A stretch of 64,000 nt of DNA from Macrostomum lignano (taxonomy: Eukaryota). A model generated the notes under the pieces. That model searched no databases. It worked only from the letters and a program-made list of their open reading frames with translations, and had not been told where the DNA came from. The stretch covers positions 1 to 64,000 of the forward strand of contig NIVC01002811.1 in the NCBI GenBank assembly GCA_002269645.1, written 5' to 3'. Made by a program: the position numbers and the translations under genes. Positions 49,551 through 62,310 of this stretch are shown one piece after another (positions within the stretch are counted from its first letter, which is position 1; every line of letters starts with the position of its first letter).

Positions 49551-52085
49551 TCACTGGCCCTCGCTGGCGCCGCTGCCGCTCCCACCACCGCCGCCACCGC
49601 CGTTTCCGACGCAGGAGCTGATAGTGAAAAACGACACGCGGCGCTTCTTGCGCAACGGACTGTCGACATTGTCGGAAGTGCCGGCGGCCGATGTCGAGGC
49701 AACTGTCGATGGTGCAGCGGCGGCAGCTACACTTGTCGTCATTGGCGCCGCTGTTGTCGGCGTTCCAGGCGCCGAATTGGCGCCAGCCGACGCTGCATCC
49801 AGGCTCGTCGCCAGCGTCACGAACGGCACCCGACGCTTCTGACCCCGCGGTGTCAGCGGGTCGCCAGGTGAGGCTGCGGGCGCAGCAGCGGAAGAGGCGG
49901 CGACGGCAGCAGCTGGCGGGGTGGCCGGCGGCGCCTGAGGCGGCTTTGTCGACGACTGCGGCGTTGGAGGCGGCGGCGGCGGAGGCGCCAGTGGAGTCTG
50001 CGGAGCGTCCAGATTCTCCTTCTCGGGCTCGGCAAACGGCTGGCCGAGTTCGCCTTCGCCGAAGCGCACAATGGAACAGTAGCCGTCTGTGCTAGCCAGC
50101 ACCAGCTGGCTGCCGTCTGCCGACCAGGCGGCATCGTTCAGTGCCTGGTAGTGCAGGTTGCGCAGCGCCCCGATGGGGAACGGATGCTGGGTGTCGCACA
50201 GGAGCACCCCGGATTCCAGCACCACGGCGAACACCTGCCCGTTGGGTTGGGATGAAGCTCCCGCTTGGAGTTGAATCTTGACGACGAGATGCTTAGATCT
50301 CACCAACGATAGCTAGCGAATTCTCGAAGCTCATACTCAACTATCTAAATCCTTAAATCTCACCCTCACTAACTAAATCCTTAAATCTCACACTCACTAA
50401 CTAAATCCTTAAATCTCACACTCACTAACTAAATCCTTAAATCTCTCATTCACTAACTAAATCCTTAAATCTCACCATCACTAACCAAATCCTTAAATCT
50501 CACCATCACTAACCAAATCCTTAAATCTCACCATCACTAACTAAATCCTTAAATCTCACTCTCACTAACTAAATGCTTCACTATCTAAATCCTTCCCTAA
50601 CGAAATCCTTCACTAACTAAATCCTTCACTAACTAAATCCTCATATCTCGCCCTCACCAAAGTACTTAAATCCCAGCATTAGCAAAGGATTTGTGAAGTG
50701 TCAGCTGATCAATCATAGCTACCTCAGCCCTCATAAAAGCGCACCAAAGCCTTACCCATCTATACGGCAGCTTAACCAGATCCTGCTGAATTCTGCGCCT
50801 GCCCAGCTCCAGTTGCGGATGATAAGCCAGCGCAAATCGGCGCTGACAGAAACGCACAGCAACGGGCGCGGACTGGCCGGTAACCAGGGACGCGAACGGC
50901 TTGTCCAGCTTGGCCCTGCCGAACAGGTGAACGCAATAATTATCATTCCAATGCAGGCCGGCCGGGGCTGCCAGGACTTTTCCGTCTGGCGAGAATGACA
51001 GCCTGCGAAAGAATGATTTCCAGCTGTCGTCTGCGAATAGGCGATAATTGTTGGATTGCTGCTGCTGCTGCTGCTGCTGCTGCTCAGTGTTCCTGACGCA
51101 CTTGGCTATCACAACGGCCCTGGCGCTGCAACCGTAGACTCGCACGGTCCGATCCGAGCTCTGGGTGGCCACCAATCGTCCGAGGGGATCGCAGGCGATG
51201 CCCTGGACAAAGTGGGCGTGCTCGCGTACAATTGTGCGCTGCTGCTCTTTGGCCAGGTTCCAGCGGACAATGGACCGGTCAACTGAGCCAGACACGAGGC
51301 CCTGCGGGGGGTGTTAAGGTTCACTCATTTATCACTGATAATCTATTCGCTTGACTGGTAGCCAATGCGTGAGATTCTATTGAATAGAGGGTTGGGGCTT
51401 CTAAATCTCACGGATCAAATTTGAGGATGAGTACTCAGAATCTAATAGATCAAATATGAGGATGAGTACTCAAAATCTCACATATCAAATATGAGGATGA
51501 GTACTCAAAATCTAACAGATCAAATATGAGGATGAGTACTCGAAATCCCATGGATCAAATTTGAGGATGAGTACTCAAAATCTCATGGATCAAATTTGAG
51601 GATGAGTACTCAAAATCTCATGGATCAATGAGTTAAGCCAAACTCACCATGGAGTCTGGCATCCATCCCAGATCGTACACATCCTCCAAGTGAGCTCGCA
51701 GCGCCCGCCAAACAGTCCAAGTCTCCTTGCACACGAGGTCATCCTCGTCCGCTGCCGAGGGAGCGGGGAGCTCAGGCTGGACCTCCTGCCGGGCCCACAA
51801 CAGCACGGTGGCATCGTCAGAGCCGCTGGCCAACAGGCGCTGGTCTGGCGAGAATCGGACCACATTGACCGGCTTTTCGTGTCGACGCAGCGACGATAAA
51901 AACTCTACGACGGCGTCGCCCGCGGCGGGCAGCTTCCACAGCTGGACTCGATTGTCCCTACCGCCTGTTGCTAGGCGGTACCAGCCGTTGGCGCCGTTAG
52001 AATCCGTGTTCAATGTCTGCTGAATGTCGCACGAATAAATTGGCGTAGTCTCGTGCCAGGAGATCTCGGGAGTGATCAGCCTCAT
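49551..52085 (-). CDS. CHAF1B: Chromatin assembly factor 1 subunit B (p60/Cac2), WD40 protein
   Basis: Exons 51648-52085 (MRLITPEISWH..RHEKPVNVVRFSP..HLEDVYDL), 50756-51301 (LVSGSVD..FVQG..SFFRRLSFSPDG..LPYR) and 49551-50234 (FAV..NLHY..LNDAAWSADG..STDGYCS), with phase-0 junctions. C-terminal KRRVPFVTL / KRRVSFFTI resemble B-domain motifs. Confidence 0.95.
50340..50660 (+). repeat. ~28-bp repeat (CACTAACTAAATCCTTAAATCTCACCCT) in CHAF1B intron 2
   Basis: About 9 units, decaying toward the right. Confidence 0.92.
51405..51630 (+). repeat. ~35-bp repeat (ATTTGAGGATGAGTACTCAAAATCTCATGGATCAA) in CHAF1B intron 1
   Basis: About 6 units. Confidence 0.92.
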
Positions 52086-52210
52086 TGCTGCAAGCTTTGG
52101 CGCGTGCATTGATATTGATTTTAATTTTGTCATAGCGCGTGTCAGTGAAAAATCAACTTCAATTTCGGCATTTCGAATTCAGACTGAGGATGCTAAATGG
52201 CAGTGTGATT

Positions 52211-53468
52211 CCACCATCAGCCATGGATCCTTAAATGCCACCCTCAGGCATGGATCCTTAAATGCCAGCCTCAGCCATGGATCCTTAAATGCCACCCTTA
52301 GCCATGGATCCTTAAATGCCACCATCAGCCATGGATCCTTAAATGCCACCCTCAGGCATGGATCCTTAAATGCCAGCCTCAGCCATGGATCCTTAAATGC
52401 CACCCTCAGCCATGGATCCTTAAATGCCACCCTCAGCCATGGATCCTTAAATGCCACCCTTAGCCATGGATCCTTAAATGCCACCCTCAGCCATGGATCC
52501 TTAAATGCCACCCTTAGCCATGGATCCTTAAATGCCACCCTCAGCCATGGATCCTTAAATGCCACCCTCAGGCATGGATCCTTAAATGCCACCCTCAGAC
52601 ATGGATCCTTAAATGCCACCCTCAGCCATGGATCCTTAAATGCCACCCTTAGCCATGGATCCTTAAATGCCACCCTCAGCCATGGATCCTTAAATGCCAC
52701 CCTCAGGCATGGATCCTTAAATGCCAGCCTCAGCCATGGATCCTTAAATGCCACCCTTAGCCATGGATCCTTAAATGCCACCATCAGCCATGGATCCTTA
52801 AATGCCACCCTCAGGCATGGATCCTTAAATGCCACCCTCAGCCATGGATCCTTAAATGCCACCCTCAGCCATGGATCCTTAAATGCCACCCTCAGCCATG
52901 GATCCTTAAATGCCACCCTTAGCCATGGATCCTTAAATGCCACCCTCAGCCATGGATCCTTAAATGCCACCCTTAGCCATGGATCCTTAAATGCCACCCT
53001 CAGCCATGGATCCTTAAATGCCACCCTCAGGCATGGATCCTTAAATGCCACCCTCAGACATGGATCCTTAAATGCCACCCTCAGCCATGGATCCTTAAAT
53101 GCCACCCTTAGCCATGGATCCTTAAATGCCACCCTCAGCCATGGATCCTTAAATGCCACCCTCAGACATGGATCCTTAAATGCCACCCTCAGACATGGAT
53201 CCTTAAATGCCACCCTCAGCCATGGATCCTTAAATGCCACCCTTAGCCATGGATCCTTAAATGCCACCCTCAGACATGGATCCTTAAATGCCAGCCTCAG
53301 CCATGGATCCTTAAATGCCACCCTCAGACATGGATCCTTAAATGCCAGCCTCAGCCATGGATCCTTAAATGCCACCCTTAGCCATGGATCCTTAAATGCC
53401 ACCCTCAGACATGGATCCTTAAATGCCAGCCTCAGCCATGGATCCTTAAATGCCACCCTCAGCCATGG
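52211..53468 (+). repeat. 27-bp minisatellite (AGCCATGGATCCTTAAATGCCACCCTC)n upstream of CHAF1B
   Basis: About 46 units; the unit length is a multiple of 3, which creates the stop-free SHGSLNATL / VAFKDPWLR pseudo-ORFs. Confidence 0.99.
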
Positions 53469-56400
53469 AACCATGGATTTTTTGCTTTTCTAACTAGATG
53501 TTGTTTGTGTTGATTTGTGCTAGAGCAAGATGGATATTGCAAGTTCTATTTTAAAAAATTGTAACAGAAATGTATGGCAAAGGTGTGAAACAGAATACTA
53601 TAATATATCAATATACAAGCTTAAATCAATTGTGCTTTTCTTAACTTTCTTCTATTTTTCACTCATAAATATCATGTTATATATATTTGTCTTACATTTC
53701 AAAAATCCTGTCAATGGAAAAATCAATAGTAGCTTTATTTTCAAAAACATTTGTAACCTAAACTTAGTCTAGAAATGTGTAGCACTTTTAACAGTTTTGG
53801 TTTTGTTATAAAAATACCTTATATCTTATGTTGTAAAACATGAATAGGGAATTACAAGCTAATTTGATAACAAAGTAAAAATATTGTCATATCACTTCAA
53901 ACAACCAAACTGAAAAAGCAATACATATCCAAGCAAAGCTTGTGCCACAAGGAGCTTTGCACTGCACTCAAATATACAACCTATTGGACATGCCAAGCAA
54001 ACATTTAAAATACTTGAAGCCAACTAGATGACAAACTGATCACCCCTACCTAACTTTTTTGCAAGTTGCCATCATAAACCCAAAAAATCAATGGCAGAAG
54101 CAATTATCTGCTTTATGGAATGCAAATTTTGCATGATAAATTTTGGCTAAGTATGTATCCCCTAGTGGTACTTATTGACTTTAGCAAGGTATATGGAAAA
54201 AGTACAAATGAGATATAACCAACCTACTTTGGATTGCAAACAGGTGACAAGTCACTAGGGTATTAGTGTCACCTATAGCATATAGACTAGTAAGGCATGT
54301 CATTTGCTTTTCTTTTATTAAGCTATAGCAAAGAGCAATACCAATTGCTATACATCAGTAACCTATTTTAGGACACTTTATTAGCCTTACATAAAGTTCT
54401 TAAGCAAGTCTATGGCAAATTGGTATCTATTGCTAGCAAAGGGGCTTCACTAAAGCCAGCCATGACAAGGGTACCACTGATAATATGAGAATAGCCATTA
54501 AGTGGCAATGTGACAACTAGGTATCTATTATTTGCCTATTTGCATTATATATGCATTATTTATTTATTTATTTATTTATTATGCATTATATATGCAATAT
54601 ATGCAATATTTGCCTATAAATAGAGGCAAATGGTCATGGTATAGAACATGATAAAGGCAATGATGATCATTAGCAATAATGAAGAAATAGAAGAAAGGTA
54701 GATGCATAGAGATTGGAGTGATCAAAGCATGTAAAATTATCTAAACCTTGTTGTCATCAAATATCAATATTGAATACTTCAATAGTTCAACAGAGGAGAA
54801 ATATGATCAATTTCCTATTTAGCACTATGATTGCAACTCACTTCTAGTTAGGGTAGCAACATAAGTATTGCCAAAAGTTATGCTTGTCTTTAGTTGTTAT
54901 AGTAAATTATTATTTTTTTATAATATTATACATTTACTAGTTATAAGAGAAAGTTTTATTAACACATGGTATCCCTCAGGTTGTGAATCCATTAATTGCT
55001 GCATCTAAATATCAGCATGATAGTTGTTTCTTTGATGCATTACAAAGTTGATCAATTACTCAATGGCAACAACAAGAAAATGAAGTCCAAATTAGTATCT
55101 AAACTATCAGGTATTTTTGCAATAATTTTGTATATTACTTAAATAGCATACTTTTTCAATTCTGAACCTAACTACTAGTATGTCACCAATGTGGCAAGAT
55201 CTAGATATCTCTTTTTGTTTAAACCTAAAGCAAATGCTACCTATGTGCTCAAAAACATTTTTATACCTAATTAATATTATTGTTTCCTTTGCAGCTAATA
55301 TGTGACTGATTAATTGTATATTTAATCATGAATTAGTTTTATAAGTACTATTTTCTATTTTTTAATCAGCTCCATCAGGCAAATTTACTATTAGGACAAG
55401 TTTAGAATCATCAAAGTAAAGCATGTACTTTAATAGGATAGAAAAAATTGTGGAGTCATAATTTGCTCTTTTGCTTTCTAGGTCTCATTGAAGATGAATC
55501 TTTGCTTCAACTTAGCCACTATGATAAAGAATGAAAAAATATTTAAACTTTGGCAAAAATTAATATTTAAAATACTAATAAATAAAGAACATTTATATTG
55601 GCATTGTAGAAAAGAAGAAATAGATGTCCTTTCCACTAGCAAAAATATTGACTGGGTAAGTTGCAATCAACTGTAGCATTTTGCTAGTTAGCATTATTCC
55701 AATGTCCCTAACTTCTAGAAGTTTCCATTCCTTTCACATATTCTAAAGTAAAATTTCCAAATTAATTCAAAGAAGTTTCTACATTTCTCTAGAAATTTCC
55801 ATAACAAACTATTTCTATGCTTTAACTTTATATACTTTATAGTTTAATTATTAGCCATATTATTATTAAATGTGTTTGCTCATTATAGTTACAAAACATG
55901 TTACAAGTATAATATTGTATCTTTATTATAATCCCAAACATATTTCTAGAACAACATTATTTTCTCTCTCTCTATATATATATATATATAAATATACACC
56001 AGGCAAACCTAGCTGATAAGCACCTCTTTTTCTGACTTCTTGATAACAAAACAAAACAAAGACGAATTAGAACCACCCTTCTGCCTCACTCATTTAATTA
56101 AATTGCTACAACTGGTCCTATGAGGCATCTAAATGACTACCAAACAATTGACTTGGCCAACTGCGACAAACAACATGTCTCATCATTTGTGGCTTTACCT
56201 GCATCAATACAAGTTAAACAGCCTATACTAAACAAGGAATCCACCCTTGCTATGATGAGTCTTAAAGTCCTATCTGTTAATAGGAACAATGCATAAGCCT
56301 GGTTTTGAATGCTAGATGCTCAATTCAACTTGTGTGACATTACATTGGAAAACACATGTTTTAGCCATCTCATCACATCTTAACTACTATTATGTTTCTA

Positions 56401-57723
56401 TTTTTTGTAATTAATTGAAATATTATCAATTACTATATGTAAATTGCAAGTGAAATATGACAATTGCTTAAAATGGTACCGCCAATGCTATATTCATCTT
56501 TCTAGAACAAAAGAAGAGGTGGTACATACCTCAAAAGAGGTGATGGACACCCAATAGCCAAGAGGGGTGGTAAACATTCAAGAGACTAAGTGGCCAGCTC
56601 TGAAATTGTTTGTCATAAAGATGACTCTGGTGCCACACAATTCCAACACTTGCCTGGCAATATTGAAAAGGCAAGCAGAAAAGCACACTGGTCACTAGGG
56701 GTGCATAGGAACCAGTGACCAGCCCAACAAAATAAGATGGCATTTGGGGAAAACTATTTGGCCATTCTAGCAGAGATCGTAGGCTTGCAACATGAAAGCT
56801 ACAAACAACTGATTGGCCAGCTGAAGATCTATTTTATGTGAATTGCACTACTATGATTAGATGGCAAAGGGTTCTTACCCTAGATGAGTGAACCAAAGGT
56901 GGTGTTCTAAGAGCTAAGAGCCTCATTTTCACATGAACAATGCATAGTCACCTAAAAGCAAGTGGTAATATATGCACTGCAATTGATCATGCAGTCTAGC
57001 TAGGCGTACTGGCAGCTTCAGCTGCAACATGAAATGTGCTAGACTGTAATAGAAGTCAATTGACCAGTACAAGATAGCCAGTCAATGGAGTTTAGCATAA
57101 ACTAATTTCAATTAAACTGACATTTTGAGTAAAATAAAGTTGCAAAATATTTTTATGTTATTGCTTATTTTATTATGCTCACATGCCATTGCTTATAATA
57201 TTACATTCTATTGTTTACATGCTACTTTTGTAGTACAATGTCTTGTTCATTATATTATGCTCATTATATTTAGTCACCCATGCTCATTATAATGTTTTGC
57301 TCATAATAATATATCTTGCTCATGATATAATGTTCCTATTTAGCCCCCTTAGCTTAATTATGTATTATTTAACTAGAATTATGTAACCAGAAGTGTCAAA
57401 CTTCTAGTTTTATATTTTTCACATAGCTGCTTATGAATTCTAAAATAACTAAACACATAGAAGTGCAAAAACTGTTCTGTTATGGTTCAAAAGTTACAAG
57501 TGCTAAAAGTTTGTTTAGAATTTTAGATGACTATGTGATCAATTAGAAAAAAAACAGCTCAACCAATTTTCTTTGAACTTGTTCTGTTCAATTAGAAATT
57601 TTCCTGTGCCAGTACATGTATCTTGGCTAAGAAATTGCTTGATGCTAAATGGATTAAATATTTGAAAAACAGGCTTTTTTGCAAAAGTCAAGTAGCTCTT
57701 TTGACTTGAAATGAATTGTAAGA

Positions 57724-58720
57724 ATGCTAGGAGTTAAAATTTCATTCTCAGTGTCAGACTATTATACTCCTAAAGGTCACTATATACTGATTCCAGTTGA
57801 GGCTTATGATATTTTATGTAAATCAGACAAATCTGTCTGTGTTGACAGGCCTCCTGTTAGACCAAATTGTAAAGATGTTTTCTTGTTTGCTATTGACAAA
57901 GAGAACTGTAAGTGAACTATACATTATTTAGTTACCTACAATATATTACCAGTTATTAACTAATCAACTAAAAATATTATTTTAGGTGGCAAGGACTACC
58001 TCTATGACTAGCATCAATGGCACAACAATGGAGCTCAGAAGCTGCTGCCTTCAAACATTGACTATCCACTAATAAAGAAAGCCTACTATACATAACAAAA
58101 TATCAATAAGCAGGATAATGGTTGGTGCTATATATTTGAGCTAGCTGGCTCTAACTGCTAGACAAGACGGACAAGAAGTATTGTCTGATTTGGGAAGCAT
58201 ATCTCTTATACAAGCTAAAGACCCCTTGGAAATCTTAACCTTATAATAGAGGATTGCATTCAAGTGAATTAAATGAGTGCAACTCCTTGAAAGTTGGTTT
58301 TGACATATTTGTCAGAATAATATCTGACTTTGGTGACCTAAACAACTTTAAATTTGTTCTTTTCTACTCATTTTCTAAAGTCTTACTATATGTAGAATCA
58401 TTAGCTAGTTTAAATAGATTTTTGTCAAAATTATAAGTTGCTTCTATTTTAAACTGGGGGATGTGTTTTTTCTATATAAGACTACATCCACACTTTTTCT
58501 ATAAAAGTCTATTATTACGCGTCTTACAGAATATAGATTATGTTTAAGTTAGTTAATTGAGCAAGATAAATAGCTGCCATATAGTTTCTATTGACATTGA
58601 AGCATTTAACATTGATATTGAAGCAAGTAAACTTATGGTCATGGCTTGGGACTATGTAAACTATAATGTAAACTATATATGTTATATATATATATATATA
58701 TATAATTATAAATATAAAGT
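57724..58720 (+). pseudogene. Decayed spliced MULE-like transposase with a CG-1-like N-terminal DNA-binding domain
   Basis: AYDILCK..RPPVRPNCKDVFLF, then a phase-1 intron (57908-57985), then CGKDYLYD*HQWHNNGAQKLLP..YPLIKKAYY. Downstream IFKLGDVFF resembles DTTFxLGDFY, and IVSIDIEAF..AWDYV resembles IVTDxE..CWNH. Motif assignments are from recall of family consensus. Confidence 0.55.
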
Positions 58721-60759
58721 CATACAAACTTGCTCTTCTATATTTAGTAAATGAATAACACCTATTTGTTCATTCAGCAACACAATTAAGTGAAGGTTAA
58801 TAATTATACTATGTAAGAAAATTGCTATGCTATTGTTGGCACTTGATCATTGCATTACAATTATTGGTTGCAGCCTGCTAAACCCATGAATCATAGAAGT
58901 AAGTTATTCTAGGTAATCTGAATGGATGTGGCGTATCAAAATTGCTTACTTTATTTCTTTCTATGCAATTGAACTTCTGTGATGTACCAGAAGTTCAAAT
59001 TCAAGTTGAAGTTCAAAAAAAATAAAAATTGGTTAAGATGCCATCACATTATATGTACTATATATTGCACATATCCATACTTGTATAGAAACAATTGAAT
59101 ACAAGACCATATACCAATATATTTACTCTTTAACACTCAAGAATATTAACTTTAATCTTCTTTGCACCTAAAAAGCAACTAGCTAGCTAAAGTATACCAG
59201 CTTATCAACTAATTGTCTAATGGAAATTGAAGATGTCTATCTAGCATATGTCAGAGCAGTAACTAATGAGCAGCCTGCACTAAGTTATGACATTGCAAAC
59301 ATTGGTTCCATCAACTGTGTTTGAGTAGTAATTTTATGCTTTATATTCTGCATTCTATCAAATTAGCATGCATTCACTCTTAAAATAGAAGAGGAGAAAG
59401 AGGGTAGAAAGGGAAAAGGTAGAGGAGAAAATGAAAAGGGGAAAAGATGGGGGAGAGGACAGAAGGGAGAAAAAGAAGAGGGGAAAGAGGGTATGTGGAA
59501 AAAGGGTAAATTGCTAAATTGTTTTTGCTTTTTATTTTAGGAGCATTATTCATTTCTGCTGCATTATATAAAGAATTGATGAAGAAGAGTTCTTTTTCTT
59601 AGTGCTGCATGATCTGCATTACTTAGGAGATACATATAGAAAGTGATGCTGAAGTTAAAGTTGCTGTTGGTAGTAGCAAAAGTGATGAGATAGAGAGCAA
59701 TGCCAAAATTCAAGTTGCTGCTATTGCTGATTCATTGATTGAAGACTTAGAACCTTAACCAATCACTGATCACAATTGTCTAGAGAAATTTGAGGTACTT
59801 TAAAATGGAAGCAGTAGGAGGTTCAGTCATTGTTGTTTCCTCAAAAGGATATAGCTATGGTTTTTACTATAGGTGTGATCATGAATATTACAGATCTACT
59901 CAGCACAATCAACATATACTATGCTATATGACCCTAAATTGCAAAGCCAGTGAAGACCTTTGACTGGGAAAAAAGAACCACTGCCATGCAATGTGCACCA
60001 ATAGCTCTCTCTCTCTTCACTCTAACCTGTGGCCGCCTGCAAGAGACCAGGTTGGGGCCGCTCTGCCACCTGTACCAATAGCTAATACTTGTGCTTATAA
60101 GGCAAGTGCGCATTGTAGTGTTATGCCTCAAAATATATTAAAAAATGATAATTGATAGGTCTATCATACACATACATGCGCAACTTCTGAAATTACGCTG
60201 GCCGTGCGACTTAGTTTTCGATAAAAAATGCGACTTACCTATGAAAGAGCCAAGCAAAAACTTTAGGTAAACGGCAGGAGTAACTATGACCATATTTTTA
60301 AAGCTAAATGCCTCGCCAGCTAATTAGTGCTGCGTGCAGATTCCGCGTTTTTATAACAGCTAATCAGTATGTCATCTAGTGGCGGCATGAAGCAATTAGT
60401 AAATTGTCAGTACAGTGTAGTGAGCATACTACAAAAGTCATGATTCATGAATGTCCAAAAGTAAGTGAAGTGAATACAGTGTGACCTATAGCTCAAGAAC
60501 GATTTGCTAGACGATTTGGCATGGAAGATGAGAGCCCTGATTCAGATGGCTCATCAGATGCAGAATACGAATCCAGTAGAGATACAAGCTGTGAAAACCC
60601 ACAGATTTTTAAACCACTGAATTCTAATTCCCGGAACTATTTTTGCATAGATTCTAAATTTGAAGTCATGCTCAAAACAAAACTTGTTAACAGTTAGGAA
60701 AAAGGCAAAGATGGGAGTAATGCATGTTAAACTAAGATTTGAGGCCTTTGCAAATCCTC

Positions 60760-61440
60760 TCCATTTCTCAATCTTCTCATCCTCTTTTTCTTTTCTCTCT
60801 CATCCCTTATCCCTTCTCTCTTTCCTCTCCTCTCTCCTCTCTTTCCTCTCCTCTCCTATCTCTTCTGTCTCCTCTCTACATTCTTATCTCTTCTCTCGTC
60901 TCTCTCCATTCCACTCTACTCTCTCATCTTATCTTCCCTCTCGTCTCTCTCCACTCTACTCTCTCATCTTATCTCTTCTCTCTTTTCTACTTTCTCATCT
61001 CTCCTCTCTTCACTCTCCTCTCATCTCCTCTTTATCCTCTCTTCTCTCATCTACTCTCTCCTCTTTCCTCTTTCCTCTCTTCTGATCTCATCCATCATCT
61101 TTTCTTTCCTCTTTCCTCTCATCTCCTCTTCTCTCTCATCTCTTTTTCCTCCCTCAGCTTTTCTCTCCTCTTCTATCTTTTCTCCCATCGCATCGCTTGC
61201 CTCTCCTCTGTTTGCTTATCTCTAATCTTCTATTCCCTCTACTTTGAAGTAAGAAAATATGCACATATTTTTGCTGAAGATAAGAGGAGAGAAGAGGGCA
61301 TTGAGGAGAAAGGGTAGAGAGAAAGGGGGAGAAGAGAGGAGAGTAAAAATGAGAGGAGAGAGAAGAGGGAAAAGGGGGAGAGAGAGAAGAGGGGAGGCAA
61401 GGTAGAGAAGAAGAGAGAGATGAGAGTTGAAGAGACACCA
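60760..61440. repeat. Polypyrimidine (60760-61240) then polypurine (61270-61440) low-complexity tracts inside the TIR element
   Basis: CT-rich tract followed by a GA-rich tract. Confidence 0.9.
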
Positions 61441-61649
61441 ACCTTGCTACTCGTAGTTAGGAAGTTTCAAAGAACCCGAGGGGCGAGGGCCAGATAGAGG
61501 GGCTTCGCGAGCCGGAGTTTGCCAACCCCTGCTCCAGAGTTTAAGAAATCAATGGGAAACTGTTGACGCGGGCTTCTGATTTCAAAGATCTTGTCTGTGG
61601 TTGAAGGCTTCTATTCTGTTTTTGCTCTCCTGCCACACTTGCACCTACT

Positions 61650-62310
61650 ACCCCCTGATTGCCTCTGATTGTGACTTACTTCCCTCTTATTGCGACTTAG
61701 TTGCTTCTTTTTGTGACTTACCTAATCCTTTTTGCGACTTACTTAATCCTTTTTGCGACTTACCTAATCCTTTTACGACTTACCTAACCCTTTTGCGACT
61801 TACCTAATCCTTTTTGCGACTTACTTAATCCTTTTTGCGACTTACTTAATCCTTTTGCGACTTACCTAACCCTTTGTGACTAACCTAATCCTTTTTGCGA
61901 CTTACCTAATCCTTTTTGCGACTTACTTAATCCTTTTTGCGACTTACCTAATCCTTTTGCGACTTACCTAACCCTTTTGCGACTTACCTAACCCTTTTGC
62001 TACTTAGCTGATCCTTTTGCAACTTACCTGATTCTTTTTGCGACTTACCTGATCCTTTTTGCGACTTACCTAATCCTTTTTGCGACTTACCTAATCCTTT
62101 TTGGGACTTACCTAATCCTTTTTGCGACTTACCTAACCCTTTTTCGACTTACCTGATCCTTTTTGCGACTTAGTTTGCTTCTTTTGCGACTTACCTGATT
62201 CCTGTTGCGACTTACCTGATCCTTTTTGCGACTTAGTTTGCTTCTTTTGCGACTTACCTGATCCTTTTTGCAACTTACCTGATTATTTTTACAACTTAGT
62301 TTGCTTCTTT
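61650..62310 (+). repeat. 21-22-bp minisatellite (TTTTTGCGACTTACCTAATCC)n inside the TIR element
   Basis: About 30 variable units, nearly all retaining GCGA. Confidence 0.95.

Noticed and set aside
49615-49850. Two KRRV motifs in the CHAF1B tail as a novel duplication
   Set aside because: Tandem B-domain-like ASF1-binding motifs are already known in p60 C-termini; used only as supporting evidence.
51055-51085. Poly-Gln (CAG)n insertion in CHAF1B
   Set aside because: Short in-frame homopolymer in a variable WD40 loop; common.
52072-53493. 473-aa and 431-aa repeat ORFs (SHGSLNATL / VAFKDPWLR)
   Set aside because: The 27-bp unit is a multiple of 3 and open on both strands; no non-repetitive domain.
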